Origin: the human T2T-CHM13v2.0 reference genome, Homo sapiens
Reading direction: 5' to 3' (one strand)
Assembly: GCF_009914755.1 (NCBI RefSeq)
Contig: NC_060932.1
Length of the DNA: 64,000 nucleotides
The notes under the pieces were generated by a model. The model did not search any database. It worked only from the letters and a program-made list of their open reading frames with translations, and was not told the origin of the DNA. A program made the position numbers and the translations under genes. Below are positions 14,132 to 27,079 of the stretch, piece after piece; the first letter of the stretch is position 1; each line of letters begins with the position of its first letter.

Positions 14132-15475
14132 GGGAGGGCGCCAGCCGAAGGGTGGTCCCGGGGGACGGCGCTACCGGCAGCGGAGCCGCAGCCGGAACGG
14201 CAGAGAGTGGGGTCCGCGGCCGGAACCGGGGGGCGGCAGGGGCGCGGGCGGGCGGGCGCGGGGCGCTGCTGGCGGGGCTGGAGGCCGCCCGTAATCGAGG
14301 TTGCCCAAACCCGGGGCCGTACCGGCTGTCACCGGGGGCGTGTTCCTTCCCTGGACAGGGGGTGTGGCCCGGCGAGTTCCTGAGGTTCTCTCGGGACGAA
14401 GTTCTCGGACAGAGAACAAGTGCGCTCCTGTCGTACGAAGTACGTGAAGCTGCAGAGGCCAAAAAACACGCCGAGCCCTTGGGGATGCGGTTTGATTTTA
14501 AAGTTGCTGCCGTGTCGCCCCGACTTCGCAGTTTAGCAGTACCCAGTAAGATAGAAGAGGACCTGCCTTGCAGCCAGCTAGACTGTCAGTTTTTATTGGA
14601 GACATTGTCATGACGGCCATCAGAAGGGTTGCTATTCGTCCAAAGTGAAAACTAAGCACAGTTCTCAAAATGCGCGGAATAGGGAAGATGAATTCAATAT
14701 TAAGTTATGTATTTACAAACATATTTAAGCCCATTTTGCAGCGGCCAAAATACGGGAGCAAGGCACCAACAGCACCATTAAGGCAGTGTAGGTGGACTTA
14801 ATGGTGGTGTTGTATTATTCTTGTTTCTCAAATCATAGGAGATGACATTTGTTCCTGTGACATTCTCAAACTAAATGTAAAGTGGTTGGAGCGAGGTGAG
14901 TGACTTGGGAGTTCATCTGTGTGAGATTTTGGCTTAACACATGTTCTGCCAAAATGGGCAGGTCGTCTCAGATGAGGGAGGGAACTTCAGATTAGCACCC
15001 ACAGAAAGGAGGCTTTCACCCAGCTTCTTGCATGGATTTAGTTACCACTTTGTTTTCATGTGGTCTGGACTGTAAGGAGGGCAGGAGGCTTAGCAGTGCT
15101 ATAGTGTAGAATGAGGTGTGTTGCCAGGCATACAACACTAAAAAGGCTCTAGCTTTGATTTTGTAATTTGTATTTCCCCTGGACAAAATGATACCTAAAC
15201 TGTTTGTTATTGCTATGAGGCTATACCAAGTCGGTTCCACAGGCCTTTCATGAAAACACCCCCAGGAGTCCCTTCTAGGCTTGCGAAGGCCTGGTCACTA
15301 TTAAGGGTCTGAAAAAATAGTCATTCTGTCAAAGACAATATTTTGTGTTTTTCAGTTACTTCTTTTTGATACATACTGATTTGTCTGTGTTTTGTGGTTG
15401 ATTGTATGAAGTTTCACATGCTAGAAATACTCTGCAACTAAGAGCTGAAGAATGTTTAGTGTGAAGAAATAACTT

Positions 15476-15768
15476 ACTTGGCATGATGGCTCACTCCTGT
15501 AATCCCAACACTTTGAGAAGCTGAGGCAGGAGGATTGCTGGAGGCCAGGAGTTTGAGACGCCATCTTTACCAAAAAAAAAAAAAAAAAAAAGGTATTTAA
15601 GTAGTTGGGCATGGTGGTGTGGTAGCGCACACCTGTGGTCCCAACTACTTGGGAGGCTGCACCAGGAGGAACGCTGGAGCCAGAGAGGTAGAGGCTGCAG
15701 TGAGCTATGATCACACTGCTGTGCTCCAGCCCGGGCAACAGAGCAAGACCTTGTCTCAAAAAAAAAAA
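15476..15768 (+). mobile_element. AluJ-like with expanded middle A tract
   Basis: gaggattgctggaggccaggagtttgagac and gaggctgcagtgagctatgatc diagnostics. Confidence 0.9.
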
Positions 15769-16198
15769 ATTAATTTTGATGTTAAATGAAAAAGTAAAAC
15801 AAATGCAGTGTGCGTGTATACATGTAGTATATATGAAAATGCATGTACTCCCAGTTGCACAGCCACTGAACAATTCGAAAAAAATGCAATTTTTTTTGTT
15901 CAGAATAGTGGGATTCTACTGCTTTTCATTGTCTTTAAACTGTTTTAAGTGTTCTGTATTGTTACAACGTTCTCGAGTATTCCAATGGCTGTTACTTTTA
16001 TAATTATAAAAGAATAAGCATTTTTAAAGAACAGATATATCTTATTTCAAAAACAAGGGTTTTTCGTTTACCAGAATAGCTGCAAGAAAAGTTATATTAG
16101 TTTCTTTGGTGTTTTGAGGAAAGAATTGAACATTTTTGCCTTCAGTGGTGCCTTTTTCACCACTAGGACTTCCTTTTCTTCAGACATTCCCCCTAATC

Positions 16199-16430
16199 CA
16201 GCGGTCCCCCACCTTTTTGGCACCGTGGACGAGTTTCGTGGAAGACAGTTTTTTTCCACAGATGGGGAAGGGGAGATGGGGGATGGTTTCGGGGTGAAAC
16301 TGTTCCACCTCAGATCATCAGGCATTAGTTAGCTTCTCATGAGGTGTGTGCAGCCTAGATCCCTCACATGCACAGTTCACGATAGGGTTTGTCCTCTGAT
16401 GAGAATCTAATGTCGCTGTTGATCTGACAG
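16199..16430. mobile_element. MER1B-like (hAT-Charlie), truncated
   Basis: cagcggtcccccacctttttggcacc...aaactgttccacctcagatcatcaggcattag. Confidence 0.85.
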
Positions 16431-17880
16431 CCACATCTAACTTGGGAAGGTGGGAGATGAGGTTCTCTTGCGGAGTGACTATAGATACAACTAATACTTG
16501 GATATTTGGCAGTTCTAATAATAAAACAGGAATGTTCTTTGGACAACTGTGACACAATCTACTCCTCTGGCCCCTCAAATATCCATGGATACCCTTGTGA
16601 CACATAGAACACACCCTGTTTGAAGAGAGAAAACCCAGCATTCTAAGCAGTTACTGCATCCAGCTCAGCGTCCATGATCTAAAGATGTAACAGTCCCTTA
16701 CAAGTCTGATATAACTCCTCATGGTCCAATGACCTACAGAGTAAATTATGTTATTTATTCCCCTTTCTCTTCCCCACACAGCCAGTATGCAGTGGTGAAG
16801 TAGGGCACGAAAACTAATTTGGAAGAAGAGTGAGGACAAAATAGTAGTTCTTTGTCTAAGCGAATGTGAAGAGCAGATTAGACTACAAAGGTAATGAAGT
16901 AAATTCTTGGTTAGACCCCAGTTCTGTTTTCCAGGAGGAACTCTGGTTTGTTGCATCCAAAGGTACTGTCTTTACCCATTGGGAGGTTCTTACCCATGAT
17001 CTATGATTCCATCTGAAGGGCATGCTAAAGAGTGTGCTCCATGAGAGGCTACACATCTTTTTATATCCAGTTTCTTACTGGTGCGCTTTTGAGGGACTGT
17101 GGGTTACTTTAGTAGGGTCAGATAGACACAGGCATTGGCAAGCTAGGCTTAATAGCTTCTTTGTCAATTCAATTTTTAAAAGATACCGAATGGATTTCTT
17201 ATCTGTTTGTTCCTTGTATAGTTCCTTTTACAAATAACCACAGATAGAGATCTCAATTAGTCATATTTCTTATGCCTAACTACTCTTCATTTTTATTTAC
17301 GAGACTCTCTCATATCTCCTGTACCTACTAACTTAGTGGCTATATGCTTGCACCCAGCAAAAACAGCAGTCATGGTTAGGAAGGCAGTGCCCTTAATATG
17401 ACCTCTATTGCTTGTCTGGGTTCCACTGTCCAGCAGAGAACACTTTGCTGATGGCCTTTGAGAAGTGCCTTGGGTCACAGTTTTATCTTACACTGTCAGA
17501 AGTGTAATAGCTTTTGGCTTTATCAGAACTAGAAGGCTTGAAATCACCACTCAGTCAATTTGTATTGCAGACTACAGGCAGAGAACTCCATCTTAGTATG
17601 ACTTTATTTCCTTCCAGCTCTGTTAACAAAATGACTAGTTTTTACCTGAGTTCATCTTTCTCAAAGTACTTTGCTAAAGAGACAGGAAGAAGGCAGTACT
17701 GTCTCACTGACCCAGAGATTCACTCCCAACCATTTTCCCTGCTACTACAGATTCAAAGAGCAGGTAGTCTGCCTGCTAAGGTACTGAGTTGACAATTTTA
17801 TCAAATGTCTTGTGGCGGGGGAAAAAAAAAAGGAGGGGCTTGGTCACCAGCTTTTCACCTGTAATACCTGTGCTGCCTGT
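16431..17880 (-). mobile_element. Highly decayed ERVL/MaLR-type internal sequence plus LTR stub
   Basis: Minus-strand PPT-like gaggggccagaggagtagat|tgt at ~16557; LLDSG protease-like motif in ORF 17293..17478; a degenerate ERVL pol-like segment near 17100-17150. Confidence 0.4.
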
Positions 17881-17919
17881 CAGTTAATTAATACCACATA
17901 ATTTAGGTTAATGTCATGG

Positions 17920-18845
17920 TCTCTACAGAAAATCTGGAGCTAATACTGGTTTAGCAACATTGCAGCTACAAAATCTATATGCAAAAATCGTATTTCTATA
18001 AGACAAAATAATGGAAATCAAAATTTTAAAAATACTACTTATTTATTAACATCAAAAATATTTAAAATTTGTATCTGACTGAAGATATGTTAGACCTGCA
18101 CATCAAAACCGCAAAACATTGCTAAGAGAAATGTAAAAGACCTAAATAAATGTGGAGCTATACCATGTAGGTGGATCCGAAGCCTCAGTATTGTTAAATG
18201 CCAGTGCTCTCCAAAATGACCTATAGATTCAACACTGTCTCAATGAAAATTCCAGCAGGTTTTTTAGTAGAAATTGGCAAGCTTATTCTAAAACTCAGAT
18301 GCAAATGCAGAGGACCTACTACAGCCAAAAACTGAGAAGTCCAGTTCCAGTCCAAAATCACGGCTGACCATGGCAATTGTAAAGGCTTTGCCTAGCAGAC
18401 CTTAGAGGGGAAAGCTGCCCTACTCACACCAGATGTAGAGCACAGGCAGTGAACTGCAGTCTCTGAAGGAAGTTGCAGTCAAGGACTCAGGCCTTACCCC
18501 AGGCCAGCCATGCTTATCATTATATCTGCATTTTGAGCCCAGAAACCTTCATTTGGAGGCCTCTGTATTGGGGGACAGGGTGCAGGAGAGTTGTTAAGAC
18601 ATTTCTCCACTTTGAGTCAGTACTCATAGGTCTTCCCATCCTCCCTCCCTCCACCTCCATAGGACAGCAGGAGGCTACCTGAGTTCAAGATTTGCTATAA
18701 AGCTATGATATCCAGGAAAGTGTGGTGTTGACCACAAGAGACATAGGTTAATGGAACAAAACAGTTAAAAAAAAAAAAAAAAAAAAACACCTTGCACACA
18801 CATGGTCAGTTTATTTTCAACCAAGGTGCAAAGGCAGTTCAGTGG
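17920..18845 (+). mobile_element. Old L1M ORF2 fragments (interrupted at ~18330-18690)
   Basis: aaaacattgctaagagaaat...agacctaaataaatg; tattttcaaccaaggtgcaaaggcagttcagtgg. Confidence 0.75.
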
Positions 18846-18979
18846 CTTCTAAACTTCAAAACTCTTCTGTTGTTTCTAAACTGCCCAGTCTGTGGGACTC
18901 TTTTATAGCAGCCTGATAGACTGAGACAGTGAGAAATGGAGCTTTTATTGTGTGTAAGCCACTAGGGTTTTGAGTGGCT

Positions 18980-19162
18980 CAATGGTTCTTAGACATCGGC
19001 ATACACCAGAATCACATGGAGGGTTTATTAAAACAGATTGCCTGGTCCCATCCTAGAGTTTCTGATCAAGTAGTTTGAGTTAGCCCTGAAACTTTGCATT
19101 TCTGACAAATTCCTAGGTGATGCTGACACTGCTGGTCCAGGCAGCAAACTTTGAGATTTATT
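18980..19162. mobile_element. MER5A
   Basis: cagaatcacatggagggtttattaaaacagattgc...tttgcatttctgacaaattcctaggtgatgctgac. Confidence 0.85.
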
Positions 19163-20872
19163 GTTCTGGTGGAACCCACACCCAATATCCTGGCCCTCAA
19201 TAAACATGCCTCTAGAGCCCCAGAATCTCTGATTGTTCTCAGCTGCCTTCACCCATTCCGGATTGCACACTGAATCCAAAACTAAAACTTAGCTCAGTGT
19301 TGAAGCTATCATTGCTGAATATAAAGAAGTTTGGAACATAACCAGAAACCATGGGAAGAGCTAGGAAATACAGGATATTCAACAGCACCTGATAGAATCT
19401 GTTGGACCCTCAAAATCTAAATTCTAGAACCTGAATAAAAACTTCTCTTTGCGATAGTCTATGATTTTCAGAAATTACAACTAAAACCTTTAACATTTTT
19501 TTTTTGAAATCTACATCACATTAAGCTCTGATTATTATTATTTTTTTTTTAGTCATTGCTCTTCATAGACCAACCATGTTACTGAATCAGATCAAAAGCT
19601 GTGGAGAGGGTAAAGCACAAAACAAAAACCCTCACAGGGGAATCTTAACATTTTGAGGGGTAGCAGTGCTCCGCAGTCAGTACACACAGGAGGTGACAAG
19701 CAGACTATTTGGAAACCAAAAAATATCAAAGATGCTGTAGGAGAATGTACAGGAAAACTTTCAAGTGTATAAGTTGAAAATGATGCAGAAATGTAGAGGC
19801 TATATGACATGTCTTTGCATATTTAGTACCATTAATTGAAAATTTAGCACATTCCAAGAGAACGTGTTCTTAATCAAACTTCAAAACTGACCCATCAAAG
19901 TCAATAGGGCAAAGCACCAAATACCTGTGGATGTACTCCTGGGAACTAAAACCAAAATACTTTTGGAGGTTGCAAAGCTGCTGTACTGTGCCAATGTCCT
20001 TTCTTATACATGTACATATGTGATGACGGCTTGAGTCAGCTGCAGGGCAGGGGGCTCAATGAGAGCTTTGTAAAGACAGCTCTTCACTTCAGCTCATTAG
20101 CTTTGGTAATAGGCAAGTTTGTTTCCCATTATAATTTGATCATTCTTGTGATTAATTCAATGCCAGTTCTTAAAGAACTCTTTTATTTCTGTATATGAAG
20201 CTGATGTTTACCTTGGAAATGTTGCAAAATACATATAAGAAAGAAATAAAATATATTTTGAAAATTAGAAAAAAAAAGCCCAAGTCCTTTGGAAGTGTCC
20301 AGTGAGAGACAGCTCTGCACTTGTTTCTTGTGTGCCTGGTGAGCTTGCCTCAGCTGTCACCAGTGTCCCTGCACTGCCCCCATCAGAGCACCTGGCACTG
20401 CTGACTCCATGCTGTGGCCATTCCCTGGGGTTCAGGGTCCCCCTGCTTTAATCAGACTCCCCCACAGGTAGCCTGGTGCATTTTCTCTCTGAGCGTCTCC
20501 CCCCGCCCCAAGGAATTCAGGATCACAACCCCCAGACTGGGTGAGAAAATAATTTAGGGACAGGGTTCAGCACTGCACAGACTGGCATAGAGGTAGTAGT
20601 AAGTACTTAATTCCTTTTTCACTCCCTTGCCTACTACTAATGACTCCCCAGTACCCCAATCAATACTCTTTCAGCACTTCCCTGCTGTTTGGTGAGTACC
20701 CTGCCCACCTCAGAAGATGGGGCAGCCCTTGACAACCTTCCTCACCCTTGTTAGAGAGGGTGTCTCTTTCTCTGTCTTCCTCCACCGCAGGCCGGATTAG
20801 ACTCCCCCAATAAATGACTTCCTATCACCATGCATTTTTCCTTCAGAGCTCTCATCAGAAACATCACTGGGG

Positions 20873-21235
<363 letters not shown>

Positions 21236-22065
21236 TTATTGGCGAGGATTAAATAACATGGGGTAAGTGCCTAGAATAGTGCTGGACACATAGGAAGCCC
21301 TCAGTGCATGTTAGCTAGGATTATAATACACAATTATTTGTGTGATTGAAATCGATCTCCTCCTCTGGACAATAAGCTCCATGCCAGAAGGAATTGTGTC
21401 CATATTTTGCTTATTATTATATCCCAATAGTAAGCTTTCATTCACTACTGGCTGAGTGGGTGCATGAATCACTAAAGGCCCTAAGTCTTCCTCATCCATT
21501 CTCCAGGATGTCTAGTGGCCTCTATGCAAATTGGGTTCCTAGTCTCTTATTCTGTTATCTAAGTGTTCTCTGGTTAGTATATGAACTAAACTCCTTCATA
21601 CATACACACCTTTCAGACTTACATCACAGAGACCTCCCCCCTGTACACCCCCACAAAGGACACAGGTAGAATTTAGTTTTGTAAATACTGTTATTTGTCA
21701 ACCTTATCTTTTCTAACTACTTACTAAACATTTATGACCGTGAAACATGGTAATCCAAGTGAATACACTTAACATACTGCCTAATAACAGTTATGGTGAT
21801 GATGATTGTCTTTATTATAAAGACATGACAAGCCAAGAGCACTGGACTTCCATTGTAGGACATAAAAAACATTTGTTGAGTAAATGAACAAATGGGGAGG
21901 TGAATGAGTATCCAAGAGGTGGCCTGGATTGTAATCTAGTTTTAGATTAACCAGTTCTGTGACCTTTGACAAGTTATTTTGTGTCTCTTTATTTTTCTCT
22001 TCTGTGAAATTCAGGGGGCAGCGCGGAAAAAATCAGAAATTCTCTAAATTCCTTGGTTCACCAGC

Positions 22066-22228
22066 TATTTTATTTTATTTTATTTTATTTTATTTTATTT
22101 TATTTTATCTTAGAGAAAGAGTCTCACTACATTGCCCAGGCTGGTCTCAAACTCCAGGCCTCAAGAAACCCTACGGCCTTGGCCTCCCAAAGTGCTGACA
22201 TTTCAGATATGGGCTACCGTGCCTGGCG
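22066..22228 (-). mobile_element. FLAM/Alu left monomer with (ATTTT)n tail
   Basis: A single Alu arm follows the (TATTT)n microsatellite at 22066-22109. Confidence 0.85.
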
Positions 22229-22674
22229 TGAATCACCAACTTTTTAAGCTGAGAGGGCATTTGGTAGATCTGTCAGTTAATAGGTTGTTCATCAACTTCA
22301 CCCAGAGTCTAAAGGTGTATTGCAAAGTCATCCAGCTTTGATAAATTAGACTGATTCTTAATGCAGAAAACGATACCCCTAGGCACATAGTAGACTCTCA
22401 GTAAGTTGTGGGTTGAATGAATGAAGCAGTGAATCGTATGGGATTATCTCATTTAAAACTGCTTTATGTTGATTCGTTTAAAACTTAATTATCAGATAAC
22501 TTATTTCACTGATATTTATCAATGATAATTCTGTTAACTACCTGTACGAAAATAACTCAGTCCCTTAATCTTATCTTTCTTGGGGACATGTTTGCCTCCA
22601 GAGTACATGGACAGTAGACTTTTTTCCTTCAACATGTAACTTTAACAAAATGCAGTTATTTTAGGTCTTATTAA

Positions 22675-22709
22675 GTGTGCATGCACACACGTGTGTGTGT
22701 GTGTGTGTA
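22675..22709. repeat. Alternating purine-pyrimidine tract / (GT)n microsatellite
   Basis: gtgtgcatgcacacacgtgtgtgtgtgtgtgtgta. Confidence 0.9.
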
Positions 22710-24085
22710 AAAGAGAATAGAAAAAGCCTGAAAGAATATATCCAGGCTGTTAACAGCAGTTGTCTCTGATGGTAGAAATATAGATAACTTTCACTTTTTT
22801 CTTAATTTTTTCTTTTATAATCATTTATTTTTCAATTCAGAAAAAAATAATAGTTTCATAATTCACTTATGAAATAGCCTGGACTCAGGACATATAAGCC
22901 AGCTAATTAAATTTTTTGCTTTCTAATTTTAAAAATAGTATCATTCTTTGAGAACACTAAGTATAAAGAGGAAAACATCAACGACCTTCTATTGCAGTAG
23001 ATCAGATCTCCCGTCCCACCCCTTCCAGATGTATGGAGGGTACCCCTAGCTTCCTGCTCATTTCCAGGGATGAAAAGCACGGTCCAGTTTGGTCTATACT
23101 TAGAGACTTCACTCGGGTCTACTTTAATACTCACTCCGTTCCCCACTCCCAGCCCAGCATGGATCCCGCTTCCCTCCTGAAAGACACAAATTGGGAGGAG
23201 ATCTACTTTTCCTTCTTTCTTCTCCCTGGGATTAAGCTCTTTTAGGATTGCAGCCTGGGAAGGGGGATGGAAGAAATGGAACAGGCCTTTCCTTAACCGG
23301 CCTGCCAGCGTGCTTCCTTGTGCGTTGCTCTGCTGGCTTCTCAGGTTCACAGCCACTGGCATGGGAGCCCTGCATATGGGGTGTGTGAACCCTCAAGCGA
23401 GCCTCCCCATGCATGGCACCTTGACATGGGACCTCCACCACCAGGAAACCTCCTCCAAAGGTTCTGCAGCTTCTGCTCCAGAGGCACAGTCCACAGTGTC
23501 TGGCTGCTCAGAACCCCTTGCCCCAGGAATCCTGAGCTCATGAGCATTACAGAGGCAAGGTAAATTGAGCTAAGCTACTGTAGCTTCCAGTCCTTTAGTT
23601 CCAGGGGAGCTTATACCTGCTCACCTTGCCAAGCAGTGGGACCACTCCTCCTTCGTCTCCATTCTCCTTTTCCCTGCTAAGAAAAGCACAGAGCAGACCT
23701 ACAGGGTACGGGGTTTCAGTAGAAATTTCCGTGGGGAATAATGCTGATTCCTCATTCTTGCAGACCTACCCCATCTGTGGGCAATTCTAGGCCCTTTAGC
23801 TTTGGAGGAGTGGGCAGACCATTTGAGATTCCAATGCATCTCCTGCTCCCCAGCCATCAGCCTTTTCCTTATACACACTGGAGAGATTTGACTTCTTGAT
23901 AGACTCTGAGCAGTTAGACCCCAGTTGTTTGAAGATCTCTTTTGACTTGGGGTAGCTGATGTCTCTCTGCCCTAAGCTTTGGGTCCTTTTTGCCAACTTT
24001 AGGGAAACAGGTGAAATTTCCCTCAACCTAGTTATATAAATATCATATTCAGATTGATGGGCAACAAAATTAAAGCAAATAATCC

Positions 24086-24386
24086 AGCTAAGCGTGGTGA
24101 CTCATGCCTGTAATGCAATGATTTGGGAAGCTGAGATGGGAGGATTGCTTGAGGCCAGGAGTTCAAGATCAACCAGGGCAACATAGCAAGATTCCACCTC
24201 TACAAAAAATAAAGTTGGCCAGGCATGGTGGTGCACACCTGTAGTCCCAGCTACTCAGGAGGCTGAGGTGGGATGGTTGCTTGAGCCAGAAGTTTGAGGC
24301 TACAGTGAGCCATGATTGTGCCACTGCATGCCAGCCTAGGCAACAAAGCGAAACCCTTGTCTCTAAAAAAAAAAAAAAAAAAAAAA
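24086..24386 (+). mobile_element. AluJ
   Basis: Dimer with J diagnostics and an A tail. Confidence 0.93.
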
Positions 24387-24467
24387 CCCAAAATGTCAGC
24401 AGTGGTTATCTAATGAGATTGAGAGTAATTTTTATTTTTCCCATTTTTTTTTTACTTTCAAATTTTC

Positions 24468-24662
24468 TCTTTTTTAAAATTATTTATATATAATAGTTCT
24501 ACATATTTTGGGGGTACATGTGTATTTTGATACTTGTATACAATCAAATCGGGGTATTACTTTGTAATAATCAAATCAGGGCAATTGGGCTATCTATCAC
24601 CTCAGACATTTTTCTTTGTGTTGGAAATGTTAAAATTATTCTCTTCTATTTTAAAATATATT
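24468..24662 (-). mobile_element. L1MA-type 3' end
   Basis: tacatattttgggggtacatgtgtattttgatac...aatcaaatcaggg. Confidence 0.75.
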
Positions 24663-24703
24663 CTAAAATTTTCTAGAGTGAACATGTAATCAGAAAGTAA
24701 ACA

Positions 24704-24996
<293 letters not shown>

Positions 24997-25422
24997 TAAA
25001 CAGTTTTATTTAACAAAAAATAATTAGTGTACACATGAGCTGTAGGTTGGTAAAAAGAAAAAACAATTAGGCTATGTTAACCTGTACAACTTTTTAATTA
25101 TAATCTCAAATACTGGGTTACTCCATTAAGCTAGATTTTGTCTCCTTTAATTTATTCATGCCTCGAAAAGAAAGATAAAATTTCTGCTTTATCAAAGAAA
25201 ACTTTCTTTTTACACCTTCAGAAGAAATTAGTGCTTTTAAAAGTTAATTATCCAATTTTAGTTTATGTTGAAAAGAGGGCTGGTACTCTATTGAGTTTCT
25301 TTTCTTAAATTCTCATTAGCAAATAAATATTTTTGAATTGCTAGCTAGTAATTATAAAATGTGTTATGCCCTCCACATTGTGGAGGAAGCTTTTCTGCAT
25401 TCATTTATACTGACTTTAACTT

Positions 25423-25856
<434 letters not shown>

Positions 25857-27079
25857 TAACTTACTAAAAAGGCTAACAAGGTTTGCTACCTCAGTATTAA
25901 CAGAATTCAAAATCAGAATCTCTAAATCATGGCTCTATCTTTGAGCTAGGGTACCCACCCCTAGTATATGTGTCAAATAAATGAGTGCAAATACCTTTAA
26001 CTAGGTTTACATTTCACTCTTTACATTCCAAAATAATAAACATAGGCATATTCCAAAAATTTCTCCCAGTACAGAGCATCTAGAGTAAAAAAACAAAAGA
26101 GCCACTTGAACATATCCTGCCAGTGGGGTATATCCTTCACATCTTTTTCTACATAGCTTTATTTTTAAATCACCTCATTAAAACTTTCAAATCTAATCTG
26201 ATAATTTCGACTCTGGTTTTCATGTGTAAATGCCATCTAAAATACATTTTGATTCATAAACACTATAGCTGTTTAGGTTTGCTTTGTTTTATTTCACCTT
26301 TTACCCGTTCTGCCTGCAGATAATATGCAGACATTTTCTAGGTCACAATTATTTTTTCATCAGAACTTCTCCTTGAAATGGTAACCAGCGCCAGTGCACA
26401 CAAAGAGGAAAGAAATTCATCTTTACTTCCAGGCTACCATACGTTTTTCTGTGCTTAGTAAGCTGTGTTTCGTGCCTCATATGCTTCTGTAAGCCTCTCA
26501 TAAGGTTTAATTTAACTCAATAAATATTTGTGGAATTGAATTGAATTTCAGTAATTATTCCATAATCTTAAAGCATGTAGATACGGGAAGGTAGAAGGGT
26601 AATACACCGTTTAGTGTTTGCCCTTTGAAGGTTGCCAAACCTCTACAAGCCTATTGCTGAAGTCAGGTGATACTGATAAGTGGGTTTTGTTAGTTATGTG
26701 GGGCTCACTAGAGAGGCGTTTAGTTCCTTTCCAATCACTGCTTTTTTTGGTCCCAGATTTCCAAGCTAAAAACCTCAATTGGAAATAAATTCATTTCCTT
26801 AAGCCATCTGGTGGCTTTTACTTGTAACTACAACATCGACTAGTGGCCAATCATAGAATTATCATATATGCCGAATACACGTGGGTTCTGTCATTTTCTC
26901 ACCGTGTCTCCTACAAGATGTGTTGCGATGAAGTGATACCCAAGTAATGTGTAGATATTAGAAATCCAAGAGAAATCTTTATGGTTCTAACCTCGGGGCT
27001 ACTTTAATATCAAGAGCAACATAGTAAAGGCTGTCGATGGTGGGGTAAGAAAAATCACATTAATTTATTATAATTATAA

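Larger units (their letters stand above)
13430..14530. promoter_or_regulatory. MSRA: CpG island / MSRA promoter and 5'UTR (TSS probably ~14250-14400, minus strand)
   Basis: Very high GC and CpG density. GC boxes (GGGCGG runs 14228-14260), ETS cores (CCGGAA/TTCCGG near 13885, 14010, 14192), CRE-like GACGTCA at 13803-13809. No ATG on the minus strand between ~14400 and the start codon. Confidence 0.9.
14400..18165 (+). ncRNA. Probable divergent lncRNA from the MSRA bidirectional promoter (MSRA-DT-like); boundaries uncertain
   Basis: CpG-island promoter, plus my recollection of an annotated MSRA divergent transcript of a few kb. Plus-strand AATAAA at 16520-16525 and 18145-18150; strong donor GAG|GTGAGT at 14896. 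Not provable from sequence alone. Confidence 0.35.

Noticed and set aside
13307-14613. Many long overlapping ORFs (e.g. 13778..14383, 201 aa; 14152..14613) in the CpG island
   Set aside because: Low-complexity Arg/Gly/Pro/Ala translations expected from stop-poor GC-rich DNA. Only the MSRA frame is recognisable.
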